In this document: one piece after another, positions 1-15,600 of the stretch
Layout of the letters: each line of letters starts with the position of its first letter
Position numbering within the stretch: position 1 is the stretch's first letter
NCBI GenBank assembly: GCA_965208125.1
Contig: OZ242320.1
Coordinates: forward strand, 1,696,001 to 1,760,000
From: Candidatus Latescibacterota bacterium
Lineage (GTDB): Bacteria; Latescibacterota; UBA2968
Length of the DNA stretch: 64,000 bases
Direction of reading: 5' to 3'
Position numbers and translations under genes: made by a program
The notes under the pieces: generated by a model
What the model was told of the DNA's origin: nothing
Database searches by the model: none
The model's input: the letters and a program-made list of their open reading frames with translations, nothing else

Positions 1-3000
1 TAGTGCAACGGTTGAACACACGGTCAGTGGAGCGGACTATGCAGGTGAAGATGCTTCAGATGTGGATGTGACTGTGACTGATGACGATGCAGCACCTACC
101 TTCTCTATCGCAGATGTAAGTGTCACCGAAGGCAGTGCAGCCACATTCACCGTGACCCGCAATGGTGCGACAGGCACGGCGGTCTCTGTCAAATGGAACA
201 CCGCCAATGATGCAAGTGGCACAGACCCGGCAGAATCGAATGACTACACAGCACAAACAACGAAGCAGACATTGAGCTTTGGTGTGGGTATAACGAGTCT
301 AACGTTTAGTGTTCAGACAACGAATGATTCTGTGGATGAGGATGATGAGACGTTCCTTGTGGAACTGAGTGAGGCCAGCGCAGGCACATCAATCACCGAT
401 GCAGAGGCCGTAGGCACCATTACCGATAACGATACAAAAGGAGTGACGGTAACACCTACAAGTGTGACTGTGACGGAGGCAGCGGGCACCACGCGCACGG
501 CAACTTATACGGTGGTGCTGACTTCGCAACCTACGGGCAATGTAACAGTAGAAGTCGCCAGTGACGATACAGACGCAGCGACGGTGGATAAGTCCCGTTT
601 GACCTTCTCGACAAGCACCTGGAGCACGGCGCAGACAGTGACCGTGACAGGTGTGGATAATCAGCTTGATGATGGAGCCAGTCGCAGTGCGACGATTGAA
701 CACATGGTCAGTGGAGCGGACTATGCAGGTGAAGATGCTTCAGATGTGGATGTGACTGTAACCGATGATGATACGGCTCCCGCGTTTTCAATAGGTGATG
801 TGAGTGTCACCGAAGGCAGTGTAGCCACATTCACCGTAACCCGTTCAGGTGCTCTTGGCAGTGTTGCATCCGTGAAGTGGAACACAGCCGATGATGCCAG
901 TGGCACAGACCCAGCAGAATCGAATGACTACACAGCACAGACGACGAAGCAGACATTGAGCTTTGGTGCGAATGATGCGATTAAGACCTTCACGGTTGCC
1001 ACGACGAATGATGCTGTGGATGAGGATGATGAAACCTTCCTTGTGCAACTGAGTGAGGCGAGCACAGGCACATCAATCACCGATGCAGAGGCCGTAGGAA
1101 CCATTACGGATAATGATACAAAAGGTGTGACAGTAGCTCCGACGAGTGTGACCGTAACAGAAGCGGCAGGCAACACACGCACGGCGACTTATACGGTGGT
1201 GCTTACGAGCCAGCCTACTGGCAATGTAACAGTAGAAGTCGCCAGTGATGACACAGACGCAGCAACGGTGGATAAGTCCCGTTTGACCTTCTCGACAAGC
1301 ACATGGAGCACAGCACAAACAGTGACCGTGACAGGTGTGGATAATAATGTAGATGATGGAGCCAGTCGTAGTGCAACGGTTGAACACACCGTCAGTGGAG
1401 CGGACTATGCTTCTGTAGATGCTTCGGATGTGGATGTGACTGTAACCGATGATGATGCGGCACCTACTTTCTCTATCGCAGATGTAAGTGTTACAGAAGG
1501 CAGTGCTGCCACATTCACCGTGACACGAAGTGGTGCAACGGGCACGGCGGTCTCTGTCAAGTGGAACACTGCCAATGATGCCAGTGGCACAGACCCAGCA
1601 GAAGCCAATGACTATACGGCGGTTTCTACGAAACAGACATTGAGCTTTGGTGTGGGTGTAACGAGTCAGACGTTTAATGTTCAGACAACGAATGATTCTG
1701 TGGATGAGGATGATGAGACGTTCCTTGTGCAATTAAGCGAGGCGAGCACAGGCACATCAATCACCGATGCAGAGGCCGTAGGGACAATCACGGATAATGA
1801 TACAAAAGGTGTGACAGTAGCTCCGACGAGTCTGACCGTGACGGAGGCAGCAGGCAACACACGCACAGCGACTTATACGGTGGTGCTGACTTCGCAGCCT
1901 ACTGGCAGCGTGACCGTGGCAGTAGAAAGTGATGACACAGATGCAGCAACGGTGGATGAATCAACATTGACCTTCTCGACCAGTGATTGGAGCACGGCGC
2001 AGACAGTGACCGTGACAGGTGTGGATAATCAGCTTGATGATGGAGCCAGCCGCAGTGCAACGGTTGAACACACCGTCAGTGGTGCGGACTATGCAGGTGT
2101 AGATGCTTCAGATGTAGATGTGACTGTGACTGATGACGATGCAGCACCTACCTTCTCTATCGCAGATGTAAGTGTCACCGAAGGCAGTGCAGCCACATTC
2201 ACCGTGACACGAAGTGGTGCAACAGGCACGACGGTCTCTGTCAAATGGAACACTGCCAATGATGCAACCGGTGATGATCCAGCAGAGGCCAATGACTACA
2301 CAGCACAAACAACGAAACAGACACTGAGCTTTGGTGTGGGTATAACGAGTCTAACGTTTAGTGTTCAGACAACGAATGATTCTGTGGATGAGGATGATGA
2401 GACCTTCCTTGTCCAACTGAGTGAGGCGAGCACAGGCACATCAATCACCGACGATGAGGCCGTAGGGACAATCACGGATAATGACACAAAAGGTGTGACA
2501 GTAGCTCCGACGAGTCTGACCGTGACGGAAGCGGCAGGCACCACACGCACGGCGACCTACACAGTGGTGCTGACCTCACAGCCTACTGGCAATGTAACAG
2601 TAGAAGTCGCCAGCGATGATACAGACGCAGCAACGGTGGATAAGTCCCGTTTGACTTTTTCGACAAGCACCTGGAGCACAGCACAGACGGTTACAGTCAC
2701 GGGAGTGGATAATAATGTAGATGATGGAGCCAGTCGCAGTGCAACGGTTGAACACACGGTCAGTGGTGCGGACTATGCAGGTGTAGATGCTTCAGATGTA
2801 GATGTGACTGTGACTGATGACGATGCAGAACCTACCTTCTCTATCGCAGATGTGAGTGTTACCGAAGGCAGTGCAGCCACGTTCACCGTGATACGAAGTG
2901 GTGCGACAGGCACGACGGTCTCTGTCAAGTGGAACACTGCCAATGATGGTGATGGGGATGATCCGGCAGAAGCCAATGACTATACGGCGGTCTCTACGAA

Positions 3001-6000
3001 ACAGACACTGAGCTTTGGTGTGGGTGTAACGAGTCAGACGTTTAATGTCCAGACGACGAATGATGCTGTAGATGAAGATGATGAGACGTTCCTTGTGCAA
3101 CTAAGTGAGGCCACTGGTGCGACCATCTCCACAGCGACAGCGACTGGCACTATCACGGATAATGATACGAAAGGTGTGACGGTAGATCCTACAAGTGTGA
3201 CCGTGACGGAAGCGGCAGGCAGCACACGCACAGCAACCTACACAGTGGTGCTGACCTCACAGCCTACTGGCAATGTAACAGTAGAAGTAGCAAGTGATGA
3301 CACAGACGCAGCAACGGTGGATGAATCCCGTTTGACTTTTTCGACAAGCACCTGGAGCACAGCACAAACAGTGACCGTGACAGGTGTGGATAATCAGCTT
3401 GATGATGGAGCCAGCCGCAGTGCAACGGTTGAACACACCGTCAGTGGTGCGGACTATGCAGGTGTAGATGCTTCAGATGTAGATGTGACTGTGACTGATG
3501 ACGATGCAGCACCTACCTTCTCTATCGCAGATGTAAGTGTCACCGAAGGCAGTGCAGCCACATTCACCGTGACACGAAGTGGTGCAACAGGCACGACGGT
3601 CTCTGTCAAATGGAACACTGCCAATGATGCAACCGGTGATGATCCAGCAGAGGCCAATGACTACACAGCACAAACAACGAAACAGACACTGAGCTTTGGT
3701 GTGGGTATAACGAGTCTAACGTTTAGTGTTCAGACAACGAATGATTCTGTGGATGAGGATGATGAGACCTTCCTTGTCCAACTGAGTGAGGCGAGCACAG
3801 GCACATCAATCACCGACGATGAGGCCGTAGGGACAATCACGGATAATGACACAAAAGGTGTGACAGTAGCTCCGACGAGTCTGACCGTGACGGAAGCGGC
3901 AGGCACCACACGCACGGCGACCTACACAGTGGTGCTGACCTCACAGCCTACTGGCAATGTAACAGTAGAAGTCGCCAGCGATGATACAGACGCAGCAACG
4001 GTGGATAAGTCCCGTTTGACTTTTTCGACAAGCACCTGGAGCACAGCACAGACGGTTACAGTCACGGGAGTGGATAATAATGTAGATGATGGAGCCAGTC
4101 GCAGTGCAACGGTTGAACACACGGTCAGTGGTGCGGACTATGCAGGTGTAGATGCTTCAGATGTAGATGTGACTGTGACTGATGACGATGCAGAACCTAC
4201 CTTCTCTATCGCAGATGTGAGTGTTACCGAAGGCAGTGCAGCCACGTTCACCGTGATACGAAGTGGTGCGACAGGCACGACGGTCTCTGTCAAGTGGAAC
4301 ACTGCCAATGATGGTGATGGGGATGATCCGGCAGAAGCCAATGACTATACGGCGGTCTCTACGAAACAGACACTGAGCTTTGGTGTGGGTGTAACGAGTC
4401 AGACGTTTAATGTCCAGACGACGAATGATGCTGTAGATGAAGATGATGAGACGTTCCTTGTGCAACTAAGTGAGGCCACTGGTGCGACCATCTCCACAGC
4501 GACAGCGACTGGCACTATCACGGATAATGATACGAAAGGTGTGACGGTAGATCCTACAAGTGTGACCGTGACGGAAGCGGCAGGCAGCACACGCACAGCA
4601 ACCTACACAGTGGTGCTGACCTCACAGCCTACTGGCAATGTAACAGTAGAAGTAGCAAGTGATGACACAGACGCAGCAACGGTGGATGAATCCCGTTTGA
4701 CTTTTTCGACAAGCACCTGGAGCACAGCACAAACAGTGACCGTGACAGGTGTGGATAATCAGCTTGATGATGGAACCAGCCGCAGTGCAACGGTTGAACA
4801 CACCGTCAGTGGTGCGGACTATGCAGGTGTAGATGCTTCAGATGTAGATGTGACTGTGACTGATGACGATGCAGCACCTACCTTCTCTATCGCAGATGTG
4901 AGTGTCACCGAAGGCAGTGCAGCCACGTTCACAGTGATACGAAGTGGTGCAACAGGCACGGCGGTCTCTGTCAAGTGGAACACTGCCGATGATGCAAGTG
5001 GCACAGACCCAGCAGAAGCCAATGACTATACGGCGGTCTCTACGAAACAGACACTGAACTTTGCGATAGGCGATGCCAGTAAGACGTTTAATGTTCAGAC
5101 AACGAATGATGCTGTAGATGAAGGTGATGAGACCTTCCTTGTGCAACTGAGTGAGGCCACTGGTGCGACCATCACCGATGCAGAGGCAGTAGGGACAATC
5201 ACGGATAATGACACAAAAGGCGTGACAGTAGATCCGACAAGTGTGACCGTGACGGAAGCGGCAGGCAGTACACGCACGGCGACCTACACAGTGGTGCTGA
5301 CCTCACAGCCTACTGGCAACGTAACAGTAGAAGTAGCAAGTGATGACACAGACGCAGCGACAGTGGATAAGTCCCGTTTGACCTTCTCGACAAGCACCTG
5401 GAGCACGGCGCAGACGGTTACAGTGACAGGTGTGGATAATCAGCTTGATGATGGCACAAGTCGTAGTGCAACGGTTGAACACACCGTCAGTGGTGCAGAT
5501 TATGCAGGTGAAGATGCTTCAGATGTGGATGTGACTGTGACAGATGACGATGCAGCACCTACCTTCTCTATCGCAGATGTGAGTGTCACCGAAGGCAGTG
5601 CAGCCACATTCACCGTAACCCGCAGTGGTGCAACAGGCACGGCGGTCTCTGTGAAGTGGAACACCGCCGATGATGCAAGTGGCACAGACCCAGCAGAATC
5701 GAATGACTATACAGCACAGACGAGCAAGCAGACGTTGAATTTTGCGATAGGTGATGCCAGTAAGACCTTCACGGTTGCCACGACGAATGATGCTGTGGAT
5801 GAAGGTGATGAGACGTTCCTTGTCCAACTGAGTGAGGCTACTGGTGCGACCATCTCCGATGCAGAGGCCGTAGGAACCATTACGGATAATGATACGAAAG
5901 GAGTGACGGTAGCTCCGACAAGTCTGACCGTGACGGAAGCGGCAGGCAGTACACGCACAGCAACCTATACGGTGGTGCTGACTTCACAGCCTACTGGCAA

Positions 6001-9000
6001 TGTAACAGTAGAAGTAGAAAGTGACGATACAGATATAGCGACGGTGGATGAATCAACATTGACCTTTTCGACAAGCACCTGGAGCACAGCGCAGACGGTT
6101 ACAGTGACGGGAGTGGATAATAATGTAGATGATGGCACAAGTCGTAGTGCAACGGTTGAACACACCGTCAGTGGAGCGGACTATGCAGGTGAAGATGCTT
6201 CAGATGTGGATGTGACTGTAACCGATGACGATGCAGCACCTACTTTCTCTATTGCAGATGTAAGTGTCACCGAAGGTAGTGCAGCCACGTTCACCGTAAC
6301 ACGAAGTGGTGCGACAGGCACGACGGTCTCTGTCAAATGGAACACCGCCAATGATGCAACCGGTGATGATCCGGCAGAGGCCAATGACTACACAGCACAA
6401 ACAACGAAACAGACACTGAGCTTTGGTGCGAATGATGCGATTAAGACCTTCACGGTTGCCACGACGAATGATGCTGTGGATGAGGATGATGAGACGTTCC
6501 TTGTCCAACTGAGTGAGGCCAGCGCAGGCACATCAATCACCGATGCAGAGGCCGTAGGGACAATCACGGATAATGATACGAAAGGTGTGACGGTAGATCC
6601 TACAAGTCTGACCGTGACGGAGGCTGCTGGCACCACACGCACAGCAACCTATACGGTGGTGCTTACGAGCCAGCCGACGGGCAACGTGACAGTAGAAGTA
6701 GCAAGTGATGACACAGACGCAGCGACAGTGGATAAGTCCCGTTTGACCTTCTCGACAAGCAACTGGAGCACAGCACAGACAGTGACCGTGACAGGTGTGG
6801 ATAATAATGTAGATGATGGCACAAGTCGTAGTGCAACGGTTGAACACACGGTCAGTGGAGCGGACTATGCAGGTGAAGATGCTTCAGATGTGGATGTGAC
6901 TGTGACTGATGACGATGCAGCACCTACCTTCTCTATCGCAGATGTAAGTGTCACCGAAGGCAGTGCAGCCACATTCACCGTGACCCGCAATGGTGCGACA
7001 GGCACGGCGGTCTCTGTCAAATGGAACACCGCCAATGATGCAAGTGGCACAGACCCGGCAGAATCGAATGACTACACAGCACAAACAACGAAGCAGACAT
7101 TGAGCTTTGGTGTGGGTATAACGAGTCTAACGTTTAGTGTTCAGACAACGAATGATTCTGTGGATGAGGATGATGAGACGTTCCTTGTGGAACTGAGTGA
7201 GGCCAGCGCAGGCACATCAATCACCGATGCAGAGGCCGTAGGCACCATTACCGATAACGATACAAAAGGAGTGACGGTAACACCTACAAGTGTGACTGTG
7301 ACGGAGGCAGCGGGCACCACGCGCACGGCAACTTATACGGTGGTGCTGACTTCGCAACCTACGGGCAATGTAACAGTAGAAGTCGCCAGTGACGATACAG
7401 ACGCAGCGACGGTGGATAAGTCCCGTTTGACCTTCTCGACAAGCACCTGGAGCACGGCGCAGACAGTGACCGTGACAGGTGTGGATAATCAGCTTGATGA
7501 TGGAGCCAGTCGCAGTGCGACGATTGAACACATGGTCAGTGGAGCGGACTATGCAGGTGAAGATGCTTCAGATGTGGATGTGACTGTAACCGATGATGAT
7601 ACGGCTCCCGCGTTTTCAATAGGTGATGTGAGTGTCACCGAAGGCAGTGTAGCCACATTCACCGTAACCCGTTCAGGTGCTCTTGGCAGTGTTGCATCCG
7701 TGAAGTGGAACACAGCCGATGATGCCAGTGGCACAGACCCAGCAGAATCGAATGACTACACAGCACAGACGACGAAGCAGACATTGAGCTTTGGTGCGAA
7801 TGATGCGATTAAGACCTTCACGGTTGCCACGACGAATGATGCTGTGGATGAGGATGATGAAACCTTCCTTGTGCAACTGAGTGAGGCGAGCACAGGCACA
7901 TCAATCACCGATGCAGAGGCCGTAGGAACCATTACGGATAATGATACAAAAGGTGTGACAGTAGCTCCGACGAGTGTGACCGTAACAGAAGCGGCAGGCA
8001 ACACACGCACGGCGACTTATACGGTGGTGCTTACGAGCCAGCCTACTGGCAATGTAACAGTAGAAGTCGCCAGTGATGACACAGACGCAGCAACGGTGGA
8101 TAAGTCCCGTTTGACCTTCTCGACAAGCACATGGAGCACAGCACAAACAGTGACCGTGACAGGTGTGGATAATAATGTAGATGATGGAGCCAGTCGTAGT
8201 GCAACGGTTGAACACACCGTCAGTGGAGCGGACTATGCTTCTGTAGATGCTTCGGATGTGGATGTGACTGTAACCGATGATGATGCGGCACCTACTTTCT
8301 CTATCGCAGATGTAAGTGTTACAGAAGGCAGTGCTGCCACATTCACCGTGACACGAAGTGGTGCAACGGGCACGGCGGTCTCTGTCAAGTGGAACACTGC
8401 CAATGATGCCAGTGGCACAGACCCAGCAGAAGCCAATGACTATACGGCGGTTTCTACGAAACAGACATTGAGCTTTGGTGTGGGTGTAACGAGTCAGACG
8501 TTTAATGTTCAGACAACGAATGATTCTGTGGATGAGGATGATGAGACGTTCCTTGTGCAATTAAGCGAGGCGAGCACAGGCACATCAATCACCGATGCAG
8601 AGGCCGTAGGGACAATCACGGATAATGATACAAAAGGTGTGACAGTAGCTCCGACGAGTCTGACCGTGACGGAGGCAGCAGGCAACACACGCACAGCGAC
8701 TTATACGGTGGTGCTGACTTCGCAGCCTACTGGCAGCGTGACCGTGGCAGTAGAAAGTGATGACACAGATGCAGCAACGGTGGATGAATCAACATTGACC
8801 TTCTCGACCAGTGATTGGAGCACGGCGCAGACAGTGACCGTGACAGGTGTGGATAATCAGCTTGATGATGGAGCCAGTCGCAGTGCGACGATTGAACACA
8901 TGGTCAGTGGAGCGGACTATGCAGGTGAAGATGCTTCAGATGTGGATGTGACTGTAACCGATGATGATACGGCTCCCGCGTTTTCAATAGGTGATGTGAG

Positions 9001-9655
9001 TGTCACCGAAGGCAGTGTAGCCACATTCACCGTAACCCGTTCAGGTGCTCTTGGCAGTGTTGCATCCGTGAAGTGGAACACAGCCGATGATGCAAGTGGC
9101 ACAGACCCGGCAGAATCGAATGACTACACAGCACAGACGAGCAAGCAGACATTGAGCTTTGGTGCGAATGATGCGATTAAGACCTTCACGGTTGCCACGA
9201 CGAATGATGCTGTGGATGAAGATGATGAGACGTTCCTTGTCCAACTGAGTGAGGCCACTGGTGCGACCATCTCCGATGCAGAGGCCGTAGGCACCATTAC
9301 CGATAACGATACAAAAGGAGTGACGGTAACACCTACAAGTCTGACCGTGACGGAGGCAGCAGGCAACACACGCACAGCAACTTATACAGTGGTGCTGACT
9401 TCACAGCCGACTGGTAGTGTGACGATTGGTGTAGAAAGTGATGACACAGATGTAGCGACAGTGGATGAATCAACATTGACCTTCTCGACAAGCACCTGGA
9501 GCACAGCACAGACGGTTACAGTAACAGGTGTGGATAATCAGCTTGATGATGGAGCCAGTCGCGGTGCGACGATTGACCACGCGGTCAGTGGTGCAGATTA
9601 TGCATCTGTAGATGCTTCAGATGTGGATGTGACTGTAACCGATGACGATGCAGAA
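1..9655 (+). repeat. About 14 tandem 681-684 bp units (227-228 aa, two Ig/Calx-beta domains each)
   Basis: A(P)T/AFSI motif recurs at about 92, 776, 1460, 2144, 2828, 3509, 4193, 4874, 5555, 6236, 6920, 7604, 8288 and 8972; identical antisense ORFs recur at the same periods. Confidence 0.95.
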
Positions 9656-12600
9656 CCTTCCTTTACGATAATTGAACCCATGCCAGTGGTCTCGATATCC
9701 CCTACGAGCCAGATAGAATCTGCGGGTACGATTGTGTTCTCAGTGCAATTGAGTAGAGCGAGCCAGCAGATCATAAAAATGTTATGCACGAGTGTAGATG
9801 AGACAGCAGTAGCTGGCGAGGACTACGAGGCAGCGATGGACACGCTGAAGATTGCTCCAAACACGATGTCTGGAGAGATTGAGATGCGGCTGTTTGACGA
9901 CGATGAAGTGGAGGGGGATGAGACCTTCAAGATGGTGCTGAGCGATTTGATGAATGCCGAGTTTGCAGGGAATGCACAAACAATATCTGAAAGGGCAACG
10001 ATAATAGATGACGATGAGCCTGATGTGATGGTTTCGTTTTACCAGTCGCATTATACTATCTCAGAAGGTGGCAAGGCAGTGCAAATACGTGTGGATATAT
10101 CTTCTGGCCTTGAAGATCGCGTGGAACTTCCGTTGTCGGTAGTACATCGCAATGGTGCGACAAAAGCGGACTATTCGGGCGTACCTGAAAAAATTGTCTT
10201 TGAGACATGGGATGATTTCAAGACATTTGAGGTTAGGGCAATTGATGATGACGATGACGATGACGATGAGGTCGTGATACTGGACTTTGACGCGCCGCTA
10301 CCAGATGGAATATCTACAGGCGGTTCCACTACCATAGAGATTATCGACAATGACGACCCCCTTGTGACTGTTTTTTATGGAAAAGAAAACTATGAAATCG
10401 TCGAGGGTGGCACCAAAAAGTTACTGAGTGTGCATTTGAGTGCAGCCCCTCTGCGCCGCGTAGAAATACCTCTGTTGGCGGTACCTGCCAATGGTGCGAC
10501 ACAGGCAGACTATTCACCTATACCTGAGCGCATCATTTTTATGCCTGACCAGATCGAAAGAACGTTTGTGGTCAGTGCGATTGATGATGATGACGACGAT
10601 GATGGTGAGACCGTGAGTCTGGGCTTTGGTCCACTACCAGATCGGGTGAATGAGGGCAGTTTATCTACTTTACATATCATAGATAATGACAATCCTGTTG
10701 TGACTGTTTCGTTTGACCAGTCACATTACATAGCAACAGAGGGTGAGGGTGCAGTGACAATCACAGTATCCCTGAGTGCAGACCCAAAGCGCCGTGTAGA
10801 GATTCCACTATTGGTAACACCTGACAATGGCGCAACACAGGCAGACTATACAGATGTGCCTGAGCAGATTGTCTTTGATCGCGGAGAAACAAAGAAGACC
10901 TTTGACCTGATGGCTATTGACGATAATGTAGATGATGACGGCGAGACCATAACCCTCAACTTTGGCACATTGCCGGATGGGGTGAACAACGGTGGATCGG
11001 CATCTGTGGCTCTTGTCGATAACGATGACCCGGTTGTGACTGTTTCGTTTGATCAGTCGCATTACACGGCAACAGAAGGTGAGGGTGCAGTGACAATCAC
11101 AGTATCCCTGAGTGCAGACCCAAAGCGCCGTGTAGAGATTCCACTATTGGTAACACCTGACAATGGCGCAACACAGGCAGACTATACAGATGTGCCTGAG
11201 CAGATTGTCTTTGATCGCGGAGAAACAAAGAAGACCTTTGACCTGATGGCTATTGACGATAATGTAGATGATGACGGCGAGACCATAACCCTCAACTTTG
11301 GCACATTGCCGGATGGGGTGAACAACGGTGGATCGGCATCTGTGGCTCTTGTCGATAACGATGACCCGGTTGTGACTGTTTCGTTTGATCAGTCGCATTA
11401 CACGGCAACAGAAGGTGAGGGTGCAGTGACAATCACAGTATCCCTGAGTGCAGACCCAAAGCGCCGTGTAGAGATTCCACTATTGGTAACACCTGACAAT
11501 GGCGCAACACAGGCAGACTATACAGATGTGCCTGAGCAGATTGTCTTTGATCGCGGAGAAACAAAGAAGACCTTTGACCTGATGGCTATTGACGATAATG
11601 TAGATGATGACGGCGAGACCATAACCCTCAACTTTGGCACATTGCCGGATGGGGTGAACAACGGTGGATCGGCATCTGTGGCTCTTGTCGATAACGATGA
11701 CCCGGTTGTGACTGTTTCGTTTGATCAGTCGCATTACACGGCAACAGAAGGTGAGGGTGCAGTGACAATCACAGTATCCCTGAGTGCAGACCCAAAGCGC
11801 CGTGTAGAGATTCCACTATTGGTAACACCTGACAATGGCGCAACACAGGCAGACTATACAGATGTGCCTGAGCAGATTGTCTTTGATCGCGGAGAAACAA
11901 AGAAGACCTTTGACCTGATGGCTATTGACGATAATGTAGATGATGACGGCGAGACCATAACCCTCAACTTTGGCACATTGCCGGATGGGGTGAACAACGG
12001 TGGATCGGCATCTGTGGCTCTTGTCGATAACGATGACCCGGTTGTGACTGTTTCGTTTGATCAGTCGCATTACACGGCAACAGAAGGTGAGGGTGCAGTG
12101 ACAATCACAGTATCCCTGAGTGCAGACCCAAAGCGCCGTGTAGAGATTCCACTATTGGTAACACCTGACAATGGCGCAACACAGGCAGACTATACAGGTG
12201 TACCTGAGCAGATTGTCTTTGAAAGTGGCGAGACGGTCAAAACATTTGCTCTGCTTGCAACGGACGATGATGTAGATGATGACGGCGAGACAATAACCCT
12301 CAGATTTGGCACATTGCCGGATGGGGTGAATAACGGTGGATCGGCATCTGTGGCTCTTGTCGATAACGATGACCCTGTTGTGACTGTTTCGTTTGACCAG
12401 TCACATTACATAGCAACAGAGGGTGAGGGTACAGTGACAGTCACTGTATCCCTGAGTGCAGATCCCGAGCGCCGTGTAGAGATTCCACTATTGGTAACAC
12501 CTGACAATGGCGCAACACAGGCAGACTATACAGGTGTACCTGAGCAGATTGTCTTTGAAAGTGGCGAGACGGTCAAAACATTTGCTCTGCTTGCAACGGA

Positions 12601-15600
12601 CGATAATGTAGATGATGACGGTGAGACAATAACCCTCAACTTTGGCACATTGCCGGATGGGGTGAACAACGGTGGATCGGCATCTGTGGCTCTTGTCGAT
12701 AACGATGACCCGGTTGTGACTGTTTCGTTTGATCAGTCGCATTACACGGCAACAGAAGGTGAGGGTGCAGTGACAATCACAGTATCCCTGAGTGCAGACC
12801 CAAAGCGCCGTGTAGAGATTCCACTATTGGTAACACCTGACAATGGCGCAACACAGGCAGACTATACAGATGTGCCTGAGCAGATTGTCTTTGATCGCGG
12901 AGAAACAAAGAAGACCTTTGACCTGATGGCTATTGACGATAATGTAGATGATGACGGCGAGACCATAACCCTCAACTTTGGCACATTGCCGGATGGGGTG
13001 AACAACGGTGGATCGGCATCTGTGGCTCTTGTCGATAACGATGACCCGGTTGTGACTGTTTCGTTTGATCAGTCGCATTACACGGCAACAGAAGGTGAGG
13101 GTGCAGTGACAATCACAGTATCCCTGAGTGCAGACCCAAAGCGCCGTGTAGAGATTCCACTATTGGTAACACCTGACAATGGCGCAACACAGGCAGACTA
13201 TACAGGTGTACCTGAGCAGATTGTCTTTGAAAGTGGCGAGACGGTCAAAACATTTGCTCTGCTTGCAACGGACGATGATGTAGATGATGACGGCGAGACA
13301 ATAACCCTCAGATTTGGCACATTGCCGGATGGGGTGAATAACGGTGGATCGGCATCTGTGGCTCTTGTCGATAACGATGACCCTGTTGTGACTGTTTCGT
13401 TTGACCAGTCACATTACATAGCAACAGAGGGTGAGGGTACAGTGACAGTCACTGTATCCCTGAGTGCAGATCCCGAGCGCCGTGTAGAGATTCCACTATT
13501 GGTAACACCTGACAATGGCGCAACACAGGCAGACTATACAGGTGTACCTGAGCAGATTGTCTTTGAAAGTGGCGAGACGGTCAAAACATTTGCTCTGCTT
13601 GCAACGGACGATAATGTAGATGATGACGGTGAGACAATAACCCTCAACTTTGGCACATTGCCGGATGGGGTGAATAATGGCGGATCGGCATCTGTGGCTC
13701 TTGTCGATAACGATGACCCTGTTGTGACTGTTTCGTTTGACCAGTCACATTACATAGCAACAGAGGGTGAGGGTACAGTGACAGTCACTGTATCCCTGAG
13801 TGCAGATCCCGAGCGCCGTGTAGAGATTCCACTATTGGTAACACCTGACAATGGCGCAACACAGGCAGACTATACAGGTGTACCTGAGCAGATTGTCTTT
13901 GAAAGTGGCGAGACGGTCAAAACATTTGCTCTGCTTGCAACGGACGATAATGTAGATGATGACGGTGAGACAATAACCCTCAACTTTGGCACATTGCCGG
14001 ATGGGGTGAATAATGGCGGATCGGCATCTGTGGCTCTTGTCGATAACGATGACCCTGTTGTGACTGTTTCGTTTGACCAGTCACATTACATAGCAACAGA
14101 GGGTGAGGGTACAGTGACAGTCACTGTATCCCTGAGTGCAGATCCCGAGCGCCGTGTAGAGATTCCACTATTGGTAACACCTGACAATGGCGCAACACAG
14201 GCAGACTATACAGGTGTACCTGAGCAGATTGTCTTTGAAAGTGGCGAGACGGTCAAAACATTTGCTCTGCTTGCAACGGACGATAATGTAGATGATGACG
14301 GTGAGACAATAACCCTCAACTTTGGCACATTGCCGGATGGGGTGAATAATGGCGGATCGGCATCTGTGGCTCTTGTCGATAACGATGACCCTGTTGTGAC
14401 TGTTTCGTTTGACCAGTCACATTACATAGCAACAGAGGGTGAGGGTACAGTGACAGTCACTGTATCCCTGAGTGCAGATCCCGAGCGCCGTGTAGAGATT
14501 CCACTATTGGTAACACCTGACAATGGCGCAACACAGGCAGACTATACAGATGTGCCTGAGCAGATTGTCTTTGATCGCGGAGAAACAAAGAAGACCTTTG
14601 ACCTGATGGCTATTGACGATAATGTAGATGATGACGGCGAGACCATAACCCTCAACTTTGGCACATTGCCGGATGGGGTGAATAATGGCGGATCGACTCT
14701 GGTATCTCTTATGAATAACGATGAACGCGGTGTGATCGTGTCTGTAGCAGCGTTGGCAATTTTCGAAGGGGATACTGGCACTTACACAGTGGTGCTACTT
14801 AGCGCGCCGACAGCACCTGTGACGCTACAAATATCTGGGATGGAAAATACAGATTTGTCAGTTGATATGCCACAGATCACATTCACAGCAGCAAACTATA
14901 ATATACCACAGGAAGTGGTGGTACGTGCATACGCAGACGATGATGCAATCGTAGATGATGGTGTGACCCTGCATCATGCGATAAGCGGAGGAGACTACGA
15001 CGAAGTGGTCGTAGCCCCTGTTGCTGTGGCGATCATAGAGAAGGATGTCCCTGTGTTGCGTATTGAGGATCAACGCGTGAGAGAAGATGCAGGAGAGATG
15101 GTGTTTACCGCGACGCTCAATATGCAAAGCAACCAGGAAGTACATGTGTCTTATGCGACTTCAAATCTTACGGCAGATGCGGGCAAAGATTATGAGGCGA
15201 CGCAGGGCACTTTGAACTTTGCAGCCCTGCAAACTCAGCAGACGTTCAGTGTGCCGATCATTGACGATGATCTGGACGAAGGGGATGAGACATTTACAGT
15301 AATTTTAAGCACACCGATGCATGTGACCATAAGCGAGGGCAAGGCGCGTGTATTTGGCACGATTGAAGAAGACGATACCCTACCTCGGTCAATGGAATTG
15401 TTTCTATCGAGTGTTGGGCGAATAGTGGCGACACAAACGGTAGATAACATCAGTCGGCGGTTTGAGGATCAGCGGTCAGGGATTCGGCCTTCGTTCACGC
15501 TGGGCGGACGCCCCCTGATACAATATGATAGCACGGAAAAATGGCACGCTGTGGCGGCACTGATACACAATTTTGCAGCAGCACTGGGCGCAGATATATG

